From Candidatus Fervidifonticultor secundus (GTDB lineage Bacteria > Sysuimicrobiota > Sysuimicrobiia > Sysuimicrobiales > Humicultoraceae), in NCBI GenBank assembly GCA_031459385.1, contig JAVKIP010000010.1, positions 1 to 64,000 on the forward strand: a stretch of 64,000 nt of DNA. The letters run 5' to 3'. The notes below the pieces were generated by a model. It was not told the DNA's origin and searched no databases. It saw only the letters and a program-made list of their open reading frames with translations. The number at the start of each line of letters is the position of its first letter. Position 1 is the first letter of the stretch. A program made the position numbers and the translations under genes. Below, in pieces: positions 8,794 to 18,926 of the stretch.

Positions 8794-10869
8794 TTACAGC
8801 CGCAGCGACCGGGCCACCAGCGCCGCCGCCAGCACCACCACCAGCGCCAGCGCGGCCAGTCCCACGGCCGCCTGCGCCGCTGGTGGCCAGCCGTAGGCCA
8901 CGGATGCCAGCAGCCCGCCCACGGCGGCCAGCGTCGCGGCCACCAGCCCCACCATCCGCCAGTCCACCAGCCGCACGACGACGCCCGGCTCTTCTTCCAT
9001 GAGGTAGAACGGCACGTCGGTCACCACGGTAATCCAGTCGGCCCGGCGCCGGCGAAAGTAGAGGGCAGCCTTGAGCAGCAGGGCGTTGTGGTTGTGCAGC
9101 AGGAAGTGCCACCAGCGGGCCGGGACGAACTCGGGCAACACCACCGTCAGGTGCTGATCAACTCCGACTTCCCACTCCAGCTCGTCGAGGTAACGCAGGA
9201 TCGGCTGGAGCACCGACCGGTAGGGCGAGGGCAGCACCTTCAGCGGGATCCCCATGCCCCAGGTCGGCCACCGCCGGACCACGTCCGCGGTCTGCTGGGG
9301 GTCGACGTCCACGATGACGGCCGTCACGTCGTCGGACAGCGCGCGGGCGTACCGCAGGGCCGGCAGGACGCCGCGGTTGACGCCGCCCACAGGGACGACG
9401 ACCTTGGGGCGACGCAGCGGCCGGGGAACCTCCACTCCCTCCAGCGTCAGCTGCGCCCGCACGTCGTCGTAGTGCCGGTGGATGCTGCGCATCATCCACA
9501 CCAGGGCCGGGACCAGGCCGGCCACGATCCACGCGCCGTCGCGCCACTTGGCGACCGTAACCACCACCAGCACGACGCCCGTGGCAGCCGCGCCCAGCAG
9601 GTTGAAGGCCAGGCTGCGCCGCCACCCCCGCCCCCGCCGCTGCCACCAGCGCCGCACCATGCCGGCCTGCGACAGGGTGAACGACAGGAAGACACCCACG
9701 GCGTAGAGCGGGATCAGCCCATGCGTCCGGGCGTCGAAGACGGCGATCAGCGCGCCGGCGACCAGCGCCAGGAGCACGATGCCATTGGCGTACACCAGGC
9801 GGTCGCCCAGGTTGCGCATCTGGTTGGGCATGAACCGGTCGCGTGCCAGGATGGCCGAGAGCCGCGGGAAGTCGGCAAAGCTGGTGTTGGCCGCCAGGAT
9901 GAGGATCATGGCGGTGGCGGCCTGGACCATCAGGTACAGTGACCCGTCCCCGAAGACCGTGCGCGCGATCTGAGAGACGACGGTCTCGGTCTCGGTGGGG
10001 ATGATCCCCAGGTGGGTCGCCAGGTAGGTGAGGCCCAGGAACAGCGACGCGAGGATGGCCGCCATCCAGACGAGCGTGACGGCGGCGTTGTGGGCCTCCG
10101 GCGGCCGGAAGGCGGGGATCCCGTTGCTGATGGCCTCCACGCCGGTCATGGCGGCCGACCCCGAGGCAAAGGCCTTGAGGACTACGAACACCGTCAGGGC
10201 CTGGGCGGGCACGGCCTCGGCCGCCGGACGGGCCGTCACAGGAAGCGCCCCCGCGGGCGGCATGGCCGCGGGCGGGCTCGCCGCCGATCCGAGCCGCACC
10301 AGCCCCACCACCACCAAAAGCCCCATGAGCACGATGAACGCATAGGTCGGCACGCTGAACACCGTGCCCGACTCGCGCACCCCGCGCAGGTTCACCACGG
10401 CGATAACCGCCACGGCCAGCAGCGCCAGCGTTACCCGGTGGGCGTAGAGGAGCGGCACCGCCGACGTGACGGCCGCCACCCCTGCCGAGACGCTGACCGC
10501 CACCGTCATGACATAGTCGATGAGCAGCGCCGCCGCCGCCACCAGCCCCGGCCACAGCCCCAGGTTGTCATGGGCCACGATGTACGCCCCACCGCCCGCC
10601 GGGTACGCGTGGATCGTCTGGAAGTACGAAAAGGCCACGACCACCAGCACCGCCGCGATGGCCAGGGCCACCGGCCACGCCAGCTGTAGCGCCGCCGGGC
10701 CGGCGACCAGCAGGGCCAGCAGGATCTCCTCGGTGGCGTAGGCCGACGACGACAGCGCATCCGAGGCGAAGACCGCCAGGCCCTGCACGCGGTTGAGGCG
10801 CTCGTGGACCATGGCCTGCGTGGGCAGGGGCGGCCCGATGAGCACCCGACGCACGACGTTTACGACCAC
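8794..10869 (-). CDS. APC-family transporter, KimA/YdaO-like potassium/proton symporter
   Basis: FASDALSSSAYATEEIL, LLIDYVMTVAVS, TGVEAISNG, LIPLYAVGVF, cytoplasmic domain ending in VPFYL. Confidence 0.88.
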   Translation of the reverse strand: MVVNVVRRVLIGPPLPTQAMVHERLNRVQGLAVFASDALSSSAYATEEILLALLVAGPAALQLAWPVALAIAAVLVVVAFSYFQTIHAYPAGGGAYIVAHDNLGLWPGLVAAAALLIDYVMTVAVSVSAGVAAVTSAVPLLYAHRVTLALLAVAVIAVVNLRGVRESGTVFSVPTYAFIVLMGLLVVVGLVRLGSAASPPAAMPPAGALPVTARPAAEAVPAQALTVFVVLKAFASGSAAMTGVEAISNGIPAFRPPEAHNAAVTLVWMAAILASLFLGLTYLATHLGIIPTETETVVSQIARTVFGDGSLYLMVQAATAMILILAANTSFADFPRLSAILARDRFMPNQMRNLGDRLVYANGIVLLALVAGALIAVFDARTHGLIPLYAVGVFLSFTLSQAGMVRRWWQRRGRGWRRSLAFNLLGAAATGVVLVVVTVAKWRDGAWIVAGLVPALVWMMRSIHRHYDDVRAQLTLEGVEVPRPLRRPKVVVPVGGVNRGVLPALRYARALSDDVTAVIVDVDPQQTADVVRRWPTWGMGIPLKVLPSPYRSVLQPILRYLDELEWEVGVDQHLTVVLPEFVPARWWHFLLHNHNALLLKAALYFRRRRADWITVVTDVPFYLMEEEPGVVVRLVDWRMVGLVAATLAAVGGLLASVAYGWPPAAQAAVGLAALALVVVLAAALVARSLRL

Positions 10870-11077
10870 CGGCAGACTCCCTGCAGGCAGACTCCTCCAG
10901 GCACGAACCGAATTCTACAGCAGCGTGGGCGGACTATCCAGGCGTCGTGCCTGCCCTGCAGCGCAGTGCCACCGGCTGCGCTAACAAGAACCCGGACACA
11001 CCGGGCCCGCGGCCAGCCGTGCCGCTGCGGCGTTGACGCATCGTGGACTTCGAATCAGAATCCCCGGAGGAGCCCCG

Positions 11078-11761
11078 CTACCTCAGCCCTCGCACGTGCT
11101 GCACCACTACGTCCAACGGCACCACATCGGCGCTGATCATGTCCATGTCAAAGAGGTTTACCTTGTGCGGTATCTCAGCCCTATCTGCAACGCACTCCTC
11201 GGGGATCACCACTCTGTAGTTGAGCGCAAAGGCATCGTCCACGGTGGCGCGAACGCACCCGGACGTCACCATGCCGGTGACCACGAGCGTGTCTACTTGA
11301 TGAAATGCCAACATGCTGTGGAGTTGTGTACCGAAGAATGCGCTGGGCTTGGTCTTCACGATGACCGGCTCACCCGGTTGAGGCGCAATTTCGGTCGGGA
11401 TCTCGGCACCCTCCTCCGCCTCGGGATCACCAACCGCTCCAAAGATGCCCGGAGCCTTGTCGAACCACCGACCCGCCTCCGCCCGGGACCTGAAAGGCAC
11501 CATCTTCGTGAAGAAGACCGGAAGACCGACGTCCCTGGCCGCCCCGAGCAGGCGCTGAATGGCCTTCAACGCCGCCTGGCCTCTGGCAGTGGTGCCAAGG
11601 GCGAACCGGTCCTCCACGAAGGCGCGAGTCATATCGACAACGACCACGCCCATCTTCGACCCAAAGCCCACTCGTCGTCCGAACCCTGCTTTCCGGTACA
11701 TCGCCAGGTCACGGTCGGGAATGATGTCGGGTACGTACGCATTACCTCGATGCAGATACAT
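11078..11761 (-). CDS. Isochorismatase-like cysteine hydrolase (N-carbamoylsarcosine/maleamate amidase-like)
   Basis: VVVDM, KTKPSAFFGT, GMVTSGCVRATVDDA (Asp-Lys-Cys triad). Confidence 0.88.
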   Translation of the reverse strand: MYLHRGNAYVPDIIPDRDLAMYRKAGFGRRVGFGSKMGVVVVDMTRAFVEDRFALGTTARGQAALKAIQRLLGAARDVGLPVFFTKMVPFRSRAEAGRWFDKAPGIFGAVGDPEAEEGAEIPTEIAPQPGEPVIVKTKPSAFFGTQLHSMLAFHQVDTLVVTGMVTSGCVRATVDDAFALNYRVVIPEECVADRAEIPHKVNLFDMDMISADVVPLDVVVQHVRGLR

Positions 11762-11788
11762 TGCCTCGCCCCCTGGCGGCCAGACCGC

Positions 11789-13015
11789 TCACTGCGCGGC
11801 CAGCGTCACCACCACATCCAGCAACACTTGCGCCCCGGCGACGGCTGTTTCCCAGGGCACGTCCTCGTCCTCGGCGTGACTGCGTCCGCCACGACACGGA
11901 ACGAAGATCATCCCGGCGGGTCCCAGGTCGGCCGCGTGCTTGGCGTCGTGCCCGGCGCCAGACCGCATCCGATGCGTACGCAAACCTTGCGCCCGGGCTG
12001 TCCGCTCAATGGCAGCCACAACCGCGGGAGCGAACACTGTCGGCTCGCTGACCCAGAACTCCTCCCAGGCGGCGTGGTACCCGCGCGACCGCACGTTCGT
12101 CAGGTGCTGCGCGAAGAGCGTCCTGGCGCGTGTCAGCGTGTCCTCCCGTGGCGCGCGTAGGTCGAGACTGAACTCCACGCACTCGGGGATGATGTTGATC
12201 GCGTTGGGCGACACCCTGAGCCTCCCTACCGTGCTGACCAACTCGCCACCCACCCGCGTCGGTAACTGGCTCGCCGCCAACACTAACTCGGCCGCCGCAG
12301 CGAGGGCATCTCGTCTCCGGGCCATGGGCGTGGTTCCCGCATGGCCTGCCTGCCCCTCGATCCGGCAGGTGGACCAGGAGATCCCTTGGATCCCTTCGAC
12401 CACGCCGATGTCGACCCCGAGTTCTTCCAGTACCGGCCCCTGCTCGATGTGAAGTTCGACGTACGCCGCCACCCGGCGCAACCGCTCGGACGCGTTCCCC
12501 CGATACCCGATGCGCTCCAGCTCCTCTCCAAAGGTCCGACCCTCCGGCGCCTGGCGTTTGTCCGCGTAGCCGCGATCAAACCGGCCCGCGACGACGCCAC
12601 TACCCAGCATCGCCGGCGAAAACCGCACGCCTTCCTCGTTCGTCCAGTTCACCAGCACCAACGACCGTTTGGTGCGCTGCCCGGTCTCCGCGAGGGTGCG
12701 CATCGCTTCCAGCGCCGCTGCCACGCCTAGCGCACCGTCAAAACGGCCTCCCCGTATGACCGTGTCGAGGTGGGACCCGAAGGCCACCGGCGCGGCAGCG
12801 GGATCTTCGCCCATGCGCCGGCCGTACATGTTGCCCACATCGTCGACCGCAACGTCCAGACCGATGTCCTGCATCCACCTCGCCAGGAGGTCCCTGGCAG
12901 CCTTGTCTTCATCTGTGAGAGCCAACCGGGTTACCCCGCCGCGCGCAGTGGCTCCGATCGTGGCCAGGCGGGCAACGGTATCGCGGAGCCGGTCGCTGGC
13001 AACTCGAGCAGTCAT
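11789..13015 (-). CDS. M20-family Zn-dependent N-carbamoyl amidohydrolase (beta-ureidopropionase/allantoate amidohydrolase-like)
   Basis: GSHLDT, GRFDGALG, NEEGVRF, ELHIEQGP, HAGTTPM, SGAGHDA. Confidence 0.92.
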   Translation of the reverse strand: MTARVASDRLRDTVARLATIGATARGGVTRLALTDEDKAARDLLARWMQDIGLDVAVDDVGNMYGRRMGEDPAAAPVAFGSHLDTVIRGGRFDGALGVAAALEAMRTLAETGQRTKRSLVLVNWTNEEGVRFSPAMLGSGVVAGRFDRGYADKRQAPEGRTFGEELERIGYRGNASERLRRVAAYVELHIEQGPVLEELGVDIGVVEGIQGISWSTCRIEGQAGHAGTTPMARRRDALAAAAELVLAASQLPTRVGGELVSTVGRLRVSPNAINIIPECVEFSLDLRAPREDTLTRARTLFAQHLTNVRSRGYHAAWEEFWVSEPTVFAPAVVAAIERTARAQGLRTHRMRSGAGHDAKHAADLGPAGMIFVPCRGGRSHAEDEDVPWETAVAGAQVLLDVVVTLAAQ

Positions 13016-13073
13016 GCCGCCCCCGTTCTCACCGCCCCGTGCCACAGCGCGCCTCCGTCACGACCTCCGCGTG

Positions 13074-13451
13074 TCAGCCGCAACAGCCCACGTGGTGGCG
13101 CACGGCTACCCGGAGGACCTCCTGGACCCAACGCAGGCCGTCCCCGGTCTCAACCTGCGCTCGCAGCTCAAGGACATGCTCGCCCTGCGGAGCGGCCCCC
13201 GACACCCGCAGGACGAACGTGGCCACAACGCGCCATTCGCCGGCGTGCACCAAAGGGTTCACAGGGTCGGACAGCGGGGCCCCGATCACCCAGCAGTGCG
13301 GCCCTTGCGATCGCACCCCCACGCGGCGGACGCGGACTGGCCCGGGACCGGTGGCGCTGGCGAGCACGGCAACGCGCCGATAGGCGTTTACCGTCACGAC
13401 TGCGGGCAGCGTCGCTCGGAACTGGAGCGGGCTGGCCGACGACGCGGGCAT
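13074..13451 (-). CDS. Hypothetical beta-rich protein with C-terminal HHVGCCG
   Basis: TGATG overlap with the nitrilase-family gene; fills the operon gap exactly. Confidence 0.6.
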   Translation of the reverse strand: MPASSASPLQFRATLPAVVTVNAYRRVAVLASATGPGPVRVRRVGVRSQGPHCWVIGAPLSDPVNPLVHAGEWRVVATFVLRVSGAAPQGEHVLELRAQVETGDGLRWVQEVLRVAVRHHVGCCG

Positions 13452-14344
13452 CAAAACGGATGCGGGTGCACGGCCGCACCCAGTGTCACACTGTAGTAGT
13501 CGGTACGACGATCGCGAAGAATGACGTTGAGATCACTCCACGTCTTCATCCGTCGCGCCTCGACAAGGTTGCACGTTTCAACCAGAATCTCCTCACGCTC
13601 CGCGCTCGCGGGACCCGCAATCGGCCACCCCGATGGGCCGACAAGAACACTGTGCCCAAGAAACGGCTGCCCGCGCTCTACACCCGTACGGTCGGCTGCC
13701 GCGATAAAGACTCCGTTGCAGTGCGCTCCGGTCATGCAGAGGTACACTGCCATAGGTCGTTCGCCGTCCACCTGTCCCGGAATCGGTACCCAGTTGGTCG
13801 GCACGCACACGAGATCCGCCCCTTGCACCGCCAGTAACCGCACGGTCTCTGGAAACCAGATGTCATAGCAGATTGCCATGCCAACCGTGCCGACCGAGGT
13901 CCGATACACCGGGAACCCCAAGTCTCCGGGCTCGAAAAAGAGTTTCTCCTCGTACCACAGGTGCATTTTGCGATACTTTCCGACGTAGCCTTCCGGGCCA
14001 AGCAACACCGCTGTGTTATAGAGCCTATCGCCCGCCCGCTCCGCGATCCCCGCCGCCACAAACAGTTTGCGGGCGTGCGCCACCTCGCTCCATGCACGCA
14101 CTGTGGGCCCTCCCGGCACCTCCTCCGCTGCCGCATACGCTTCGGCGCGCGTGTTGAACACGTACCCAGAATTGCACAACTCTGGCAGGACGCAGAACTG
14201 GGCGCCTCGATCGGCTGCCTGGTGCAGCAACGCGACACTCCGGTCCACGTTCCTGTCTTTATGCCCCACCTGCGGCTCGAATTGCACACAGGCCACGGCC
14301 ACGAAACTTTCGGATCCACGCAAACGCCCTTCCTCGTCTCCCAC
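13451..14344 (-). CDS. Nitrilase/carbon-nitrogen hydrolase family amidase
   Basis: LPEL, YRKMHL, ICYDIWFPE (Glu-Lys-Cys triad); AAGGAGG RBS. Confidence 0.93.
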   Translation of the reverse strand: MGDEEGRLRGSESFVAVACVQFEPQVGHKDRNVDRSVALLHQAADRGAQFCVLPELCNSGYVFNTRAEAYAAAEEVPGGPTVRAWSEVAHARKLFVAAGIAERAGDRLYNTAVLLGPEGYVGKYRKMHLWYEEKLFFEPGDLGFPVYRTSVGTVGMAICYDIWFPETVRLLAVQGADLVCVPTNWVPIPGQVDGERPMAVYLCMTGAHCNGVFIAAADRTGVERGQPFLGHSVLVGPSGWPIAGPASAEREEILVETCNLVEARRMKTWSDLNVILRDRRTDYYSVTLGAAVHPHPF

Positions 14345-14358
14345 GCCGTCATCCCTCC

Positions 14359-15852
14359 TTACGTCGGCGGCCGCCGGTCCGGGGCGGAGTGCTGCCCCGG
14401 GCCATGTTCTTCGCCCGGCACGACATCTCCGTCGGACGCGACGTCAGGCGGCGTCATACGATGCCACGGAGTCGACGATTCATAGGCATGGGCAATGCGC
14501 AGGATCGTCCCCTCCTCGAACGGTCGTCCCACGATCTGCAACCCGACCGGCAATCCTTCCACAAATCCGCATGGCACGGTCACTGCGGGCAAGCCGGTCA
14601 AGTTGAACGGGTACGTGTAGCGCCAACATGCGTGCAACACGTGTTCTTCCTGGTCACCGATCCGCGTCGTGGTCTCGTCAACGAGCCACGCGGTCAGAGG
14701 CATGGTCGGCGTCACGAGCGCGTCCACCGCTCGGAACACCGCGCGCAGTTCTCCCAGCAGCACGCCGCGGAGTTGCTGCGCTTTCAGAAAGTCACCGGCA
14801 AAGACAAACCTGCCAGCATCCAAGAGCAGTCGGACCTCCGGCGTGAACCGTTCCCGCAAGTCAGGGGCGCGCAGGTACCGATCGTACCACGCCGCTGCCG
14901 ACGCCAGCTCGATTGTCAAAATCGCGGCGAGGCCATACCGGATGTGGGGAACGGAGACTTCCTCCAGCCTCGCACCCAGGCGCTCGAGCTCCTGGAGTGC
15001 GGCCCGTACCGTGGCCTCGACGCCGGGCGTGATCCGCTCGAAGAAGTGCGCAGACGGTACGCCAACCCGCAGCCCTGCTATGCTCCGGCGGAGCCCGGCG
15101 GAGTAGTCCGGCACATCAACGTGTGCGGTGCTCGGATCCCGGGCATCTCGCCCAGCGATAACGCCCAGGACAACGGCGGCATCCTCCACGCGACGCGCGA
15201 GCGGCCCCGCATGGTCGAGGGACCAGGAGTGTGGCAGTATTCCAAACCGACTGACCCGTCCGTAGGTGGGTTTGAGACCCACAACGCCGCAGCAAGCCGC
15301 GGGAATCCGAATCGAACCGCCCGTGTCGGTGCCCAGCGCGGCGAAACAGAGTCCAGCGGCAACCGCCGCCCCCGCGCCGCCACTGGAAAGACCGGGCGTG
15401 CGACGCAGATCCCACGGGTTCCGCGTGGGAGGTACATCAACGCCCCAGGCGACCTCATGCATACCGAGTTTTCCCAGGAGCACGGCGCCGGCACTGCGCA
15501 GGCGCTCCCACGCGCCGGCGTCGCGGTCCGAAATTCTGCCCGCGAACACCTTCGACCCGTTGGTCGTGAGCAAGCCTCGGGTGTCATAGTTGTCTTTCAA
15601 AGCGATCGGAATTCCATGTAATGGGCCCCGGTAGCGGTTCCGCAGGATGTCAGCCTCGGCAGCCCGCGCCCCATCCAGGGCGGCTTCCGCATCGACAGCA
15701 CGAAATGCCTTCAACCGGGCGTCAATCCGCTCAATACGCTCCAAACACGCACGGACCAGTTCCACCGGCGATACTTCCCGCGACTTTACGGCCTGCGCCG
15801 CAGCGGCGAGAGACTCCCACGGCCAGTCCGAGCGCCGAACGTTCAATCCCAT
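14359..15852 (-). CDS. Amidase-signature family amidase
   Basis: HGIPIALKD, PGLSSGG, GTDTGGSIRIPA, GLKPTYGRVS. Confidence 0.93.
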   Translation of the reverse strand: MGLNVRRSDWPWESLAAAAQAVKSREVSPVELVRACLERIERIDARLKAFRAVDAEAALDGARAAEADILRNRYRGPLHGIPIALKDNYDTRGLLTTNGSKVFAGRISDRDAGAWERLRSAGAVLLGKLGMHEVAWGVDVPPTRNPWDLRRTPGLSSGGAGAAVAAGLCFAALGTDTGGSIRIPAACCGVVGLKPTYGRVSRFGILPHSWSLDHAGPLARRVEDAAVVLGVIAGRDARDPSTAHVDVPDYSAGLRRSIAGLRVGVPSAHFFERITPGVEATVRAALQELERLGARLEEVSVPHIRYGLAAILTIELASAAAWYDRYLRAPDLRERFTPEVRLLLDAGRFVFAGDFLKAQQLRGVLLGELRAVFRAVDALVTPTMPLTAWLVDETTTRIGDQEEHVLHACWRYTYPFNLTGLPAVTVPCGFVEGLPVGLQIVGRPFEEGTILRIAHAYESSTPWHRMTPPDVASDGDVVPGEEHGPGQHSAPDRRPPT

Positions 15853-16022
15853 CGCTCGAGATGAAACTGAACGACCGGCTCGGCCTCCTCCGGGAGCGCA
15901 ACGGCCCGCAGGGCTTCAACCTCCCGCCAATACTCCGCGAGGTATGCGCCGACCAGCCTCAACTCGTGCTCCGGCAGGGTGTGACCGGCCACGACCGCAA
16001 GTACTGCGAGCGCATCTTCCAT
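15843..16022 (-). CDS. Small helical protein, putative GatC/AtzG-like amidase partner
   Basis: 59 aa with GGAGG RBS; overlaps the amidase start; ends in LPEEAEPVVQF. Confidence 0.6.
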   Translation of the reverse strand: MEDALAVLAVVAGHTLPEHELRLVGAYLAEYWREVEALRAVALPEEAEPVVQFHLERWD

Positions 16023-16035
16023 GCCTGCCTCCAAC

Positions 16036-16866
16036 TCACAGCGTGATGTTCCGCAGGCGAAGGATGATCACCGCCAGAATGACAATCGTCAGGCTCCCGA
16101 GCACGGGATTCCCATAGGCACTCACCAGCACCTGCGCACCGCCGAGCGTCAACGCCGCTACGGCCAGGTTTCCGAGGGACACGCCTGCGACCAATACCAA
16201 CATGAAGGAGTTCACCAGCCACGGAAGCCCCAGGTAGGGGTGCACACTGATCAGGGGTGTGATCAATGCCCCTGCCAAGCTGGCGAGTCCGGCACCTACG
16301 CAGAAGGTGACAAACCGAGTCCGCCGGGTGTCGATGCCCAGGGCCTGCGCGAGTTCCTCATTCATGACCACGGCACGTGCAATCAGTCCGACCTGGGTCC
16401 GCTGGAACAGCGCCCATACCACACCCCCCACGATGCCGGAAATGGCCAGCAGCACCAGCCGGTACTGCGAGTACGTCGTGGCGCCCACGGTGACGGCCTG
16501 CTCGATGGCGCTCCTGGCAAACTGGATCTCACGGCCAAAGTACAACGTGATCGCCTGGGTGATGATGAGATTGAGCCCCCACGTGGCGAGGATCGTGTCC
16601 AGCGGGCGTTCGTAGATCGGTCGGAGCACACGCCACTCGATCAGGGCGGCCAAAGCCATCCCAACAGCAGGTGCAAGTACCACGACGGTCCACGGGTTCC
16701 ACTCCAGGCGTGTCACAACAACGGCGGTATAGGCGCCAGTAGCCAGAAACGCCCCGTGGGCCAAGTTGATAATTTTCAGCACGCCGAAGACCAGCAGAAG
16801 GCCGAGCGCGACGACGTACAGAATGCCGGCGGTGCTCACGACGTCCAACGCCTGTGTCAGTGCCAC
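16036..16866 (-). CDS. Branched-chain/urea-type ABC transporter permease (LivH/UrtB-like)
   Basis: INLAHG, LDTILATWG, multiple TM segments. Confidence 0.9.
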   Translation of the reverse strand: MALTQALDVVSTAGILYVVALGLLLVFGVLKIINLAHGAFLATGAYTAVVVTRLEWNPWTVVVLAPAVGMALAALIEWRVLRPIYERPLDTILATWGLNLIITQAITLYFGREIQFARSAIEQAVTVGATTYSQYRLVLLAISGIVGGVVWALFQRTQVGLIARAVVMNEELAQALGIDTRRTRFVTFCVGAGLASLAGALITPLISVHPYLGLPWLVNSFMLVLVAGVSLGNLAVAALTLGGAQVLVSAYGNPVLGSLTIVILAVIILRLRNITL

Positions 16867-16894
16867 GCCCGGCCCCCTGCCCGCCCAGCGCCCG

Positions 16895-18088
16895 CTACTT
16901 CAGGTTCGGGCACTGGTTCCCGGGATCGATCAACCCGAAACTCTTCAGGACCTTGGTCGTGCCGTCAGCCTGCACCTGCGCCAGGTAGATCGGCAGCGGT
17001 GCGTGGTGCTGTTTGTTCATCTGAATCGGGCCCCGCGGGCCCTTGAAGACCACCGTTGGGAGCACTCTCAGCACGGCCTCCGCATCGGTCGTGCCGGCCT
17101 TCTGGACCGCGAGGGCATAGGCATGGACGCCATCGTACTCCTGCTGCGACAGCGAGTTGGGCGTCTTGAGGTTGGCGCCAAACTTCTTCCGCATGGCTTC
17201 CAGAAACGCTCTGTTCTCGGGCGTTTCGATGCCGGTGAAGTAATCGCCCGTGTAGTAGACGCCCCCGGCGGCACTACCGCCGGCCTGCGCCGTAAGCTCG
17301 TCAATGCTCAGACTGCCCACCGGCAGGGTCAACCCCGCGGCCTTGTACTGCTTCATGAAGTCGATGTTGGGGCCGCCACCTGACGTGGAGTAGATAATGC
17401 CATCGGGATTCGCTGCGCGAATCTTGCTGATAATTGGTGTCCAGTCTGACGCCTGGAGCGGCAGGTACTCCTCGCCGAGAATAGCGCCGCCCATTCGCTT
17501 GATCGTTGCTTTTGCCGCTTCGATCATGCCGCGCCCAAACGCGTAATCACTCCCTAAAGCGAACCATCGTTTGACCTTTTTCTCGTCCGTCATGAATCGG
17601 ATCAACGGCGGCACCACCTGCTCGGGAACCCACGCGTTCACGAACAGGTACTTGCCGCACGCGCGTCCCTCGTAGAACGAGGTATAGATATAGGGCACTT
17701 TCGCCCGCTCCGCGATCGGGTAGCCTGCATTGCGAGCCGCGCTCGTCTCCATGGTGATGATGACATCCACCTTGCGCTGGTAGATCAGGCTATTGAACGC
17801 CTTCACCGCGCCCGCTGGTCCGCTCTCGTCATCGGCCACAGCCAGCTCGACCTTACGCCCAAGCACGCCCCCGCGGGCGTTGATCTCATCGACGGCTAGT
17901 TCCGCAGATTGCACCACTGCTGGCGCCACAACACTATTCACACCGCTCAGGCCTACGGCGATCCCGATGAGAATGGGTCTTTGCTGAGCCTGGCCAGCGG
18001 GTACGAGCCCGAACAGTCCGACCACCAGAAGGCTCACAATAGAAAGCGCGGTCAACAACCTCCTTGCCCTCGGCGCGAGCATGTGCAT
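16895..18088 (-). CDS. Urea/amide-type ABC substrate-binding protein (UrtA/AmiC-like), secreted
   Basis: Signal peptide ending AGQA; EINARGGVLGR, YTSFYEG, LGSDYAFG. Confidence 0.9.
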   Translation of the reverse strand: MHMLAPRARRLLTALSIVSLLVVGLFGLVPAGQAQQRPILIGIAVGLSGVNSVVAPAVVQSAELAVDEINARGGVLGRKVELAVADDESGPAGAVKAFNSLIYQRKVDVIITMETSAARNAGYPIAERAKVPYIYTSFYEGRACGKYLFVNAWVPEQVVPPLIRFMTDEKKVKRWFALGSDYAFGRGMIEAAKATIKRMGGAILGEEYLPLQASDWTPIISKIRAANPDGIIYSTSGGGPNIDFMKQYKAAGLTLPVGSLSIDELTAQAGGSAAGGVYYTGDYFTGIETPENRAFLEAMRKKFGANLKTPNSLSQQEYDGVHAYALAVQKAGTTDAEAVLRVLPTVVFKGPRGPIQMNKQHHAPLPIYLAQVQADGTTKVLKSFGLIDPGNQCPNLK

Positions 18089-18164
18089 ACCACCCCCTTT
18101 GTGTAGTAGACGGCTGGCAGATCCACAAACACCCTCCCCCGCCTCACCTCCCCTCCCCCGCCAG

Positions 18165-18926
18165 TCAGAAGGCCGCAAGATGGCGTTCGACGCGAGTCCT
18201 CGCCTCTGGACTGGCTTCCCCGCTGTCAACGATTCTCCCCGACTTGAGCACGGCGTAGCGATCGGCCAGTCCCAGGGCGAAACGAACGTTCTGCTCCACC
18301 AGGATGATCGTCAGGTCGGCACGCTGCCGCTCCTCCGCGAGGATCTCCCGGAGACGATCGATGATCGCAGGCTGCAACCCCTCGCTGATCTCGTCAACCA
18401 GCAACAGGCGAGGCTCGGCCAGGAGCGCACGCGCCATCAGAAGCATTTTTTGTTCGCCGCCAGACAGCGTGCCGGCACGCTGGCGCCGTCGAAGCGCCAC
18501 CGCAGGAAACCACCGCGCAACGACGTCAAGCCGCTCCTTCCAACGCGGGCGACCCACCACCGCCAGGCGAAGGTTCTCCTCCACCAGCAGATCTTGAAAG
18601 ATCGCCCTCTCCTGCGGCACGTATCCGACACCGTGGCGCGTGATCTGATAGGGAAGCCAGCGGGTGACATCAAACCCCAGGAGCTCGATGTGACCCTCAC
18701 GCCGCGACAGGAAGCCCATCATCGCCTTGAGCAACGTAGACTTGCCCATGCCGTTCTTGCCGAGGATCGCAAAGATCTCGCCCGGTCGAACCCGAAACGT
18801 CACATTGTGCAACACGTAGGACTCCCCGTACCCCGCGTGCAGCGACTCGACACGGACCGCAACTTGCTGCCCCGTCGTATCGCTGGCAACCCCGGGTGCG
18901 TGACGACCCTGCCCGGAGGCCATCAT
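18165..18926 (-). CDS. ABC ATP-binding protein (LivF/UrtE-like)
   Basis: GKNGMGKS, LSGGEQ, LLVDEISEGLQP, VEQN. Confidence 0.92.
   Translation of the reverse strand: MMASGQGRHAPGVASDTTGQQVAVRVESLHAGYGESYVLHNVTFRVRPGEIFAILGKNGMGKSTLLKAMMGFLSRREGHIELLGFDVTRWLPYQITRHGVGYVPQERAIFQDLLVEENLRLAVVGRPRWKERLDVVARWFPAVALRRRQRAGTLSGGEQKMLLMARALLAEPRLLLVDEISEGLQPAIIDRLREILAEERQRADLTIILVEQNVRFALGLADRYAVLKSGRIVDSGEASPEARTRVERHLAAF

Noticed and set aside
10870..11040. c-di-AMP (ydaO) riboswitch expected upstream of a kimA-like gene; 10-bp direct repeat GGCAGACTCC at 10871 and 10886
   Set aside because: A -10-like TAGAAT lies only about 45 nt from the start, leaving no room, and no riboswitch consensus was recognised. 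The repeat has just two copies overlapping the RBS region.
11041..11056. TCGTGGACTTCGAATC as a possible degenerate att copy of the tmRNA 3' end at the island's left edge
   Set aside because: Similarity is too short and gapped to distinguish from chance.
14359..16022. gatA/gatC of the tRNA amidotransferase
   Set aside because: No gatB, and the catabolic island context fits a degradative amidase.
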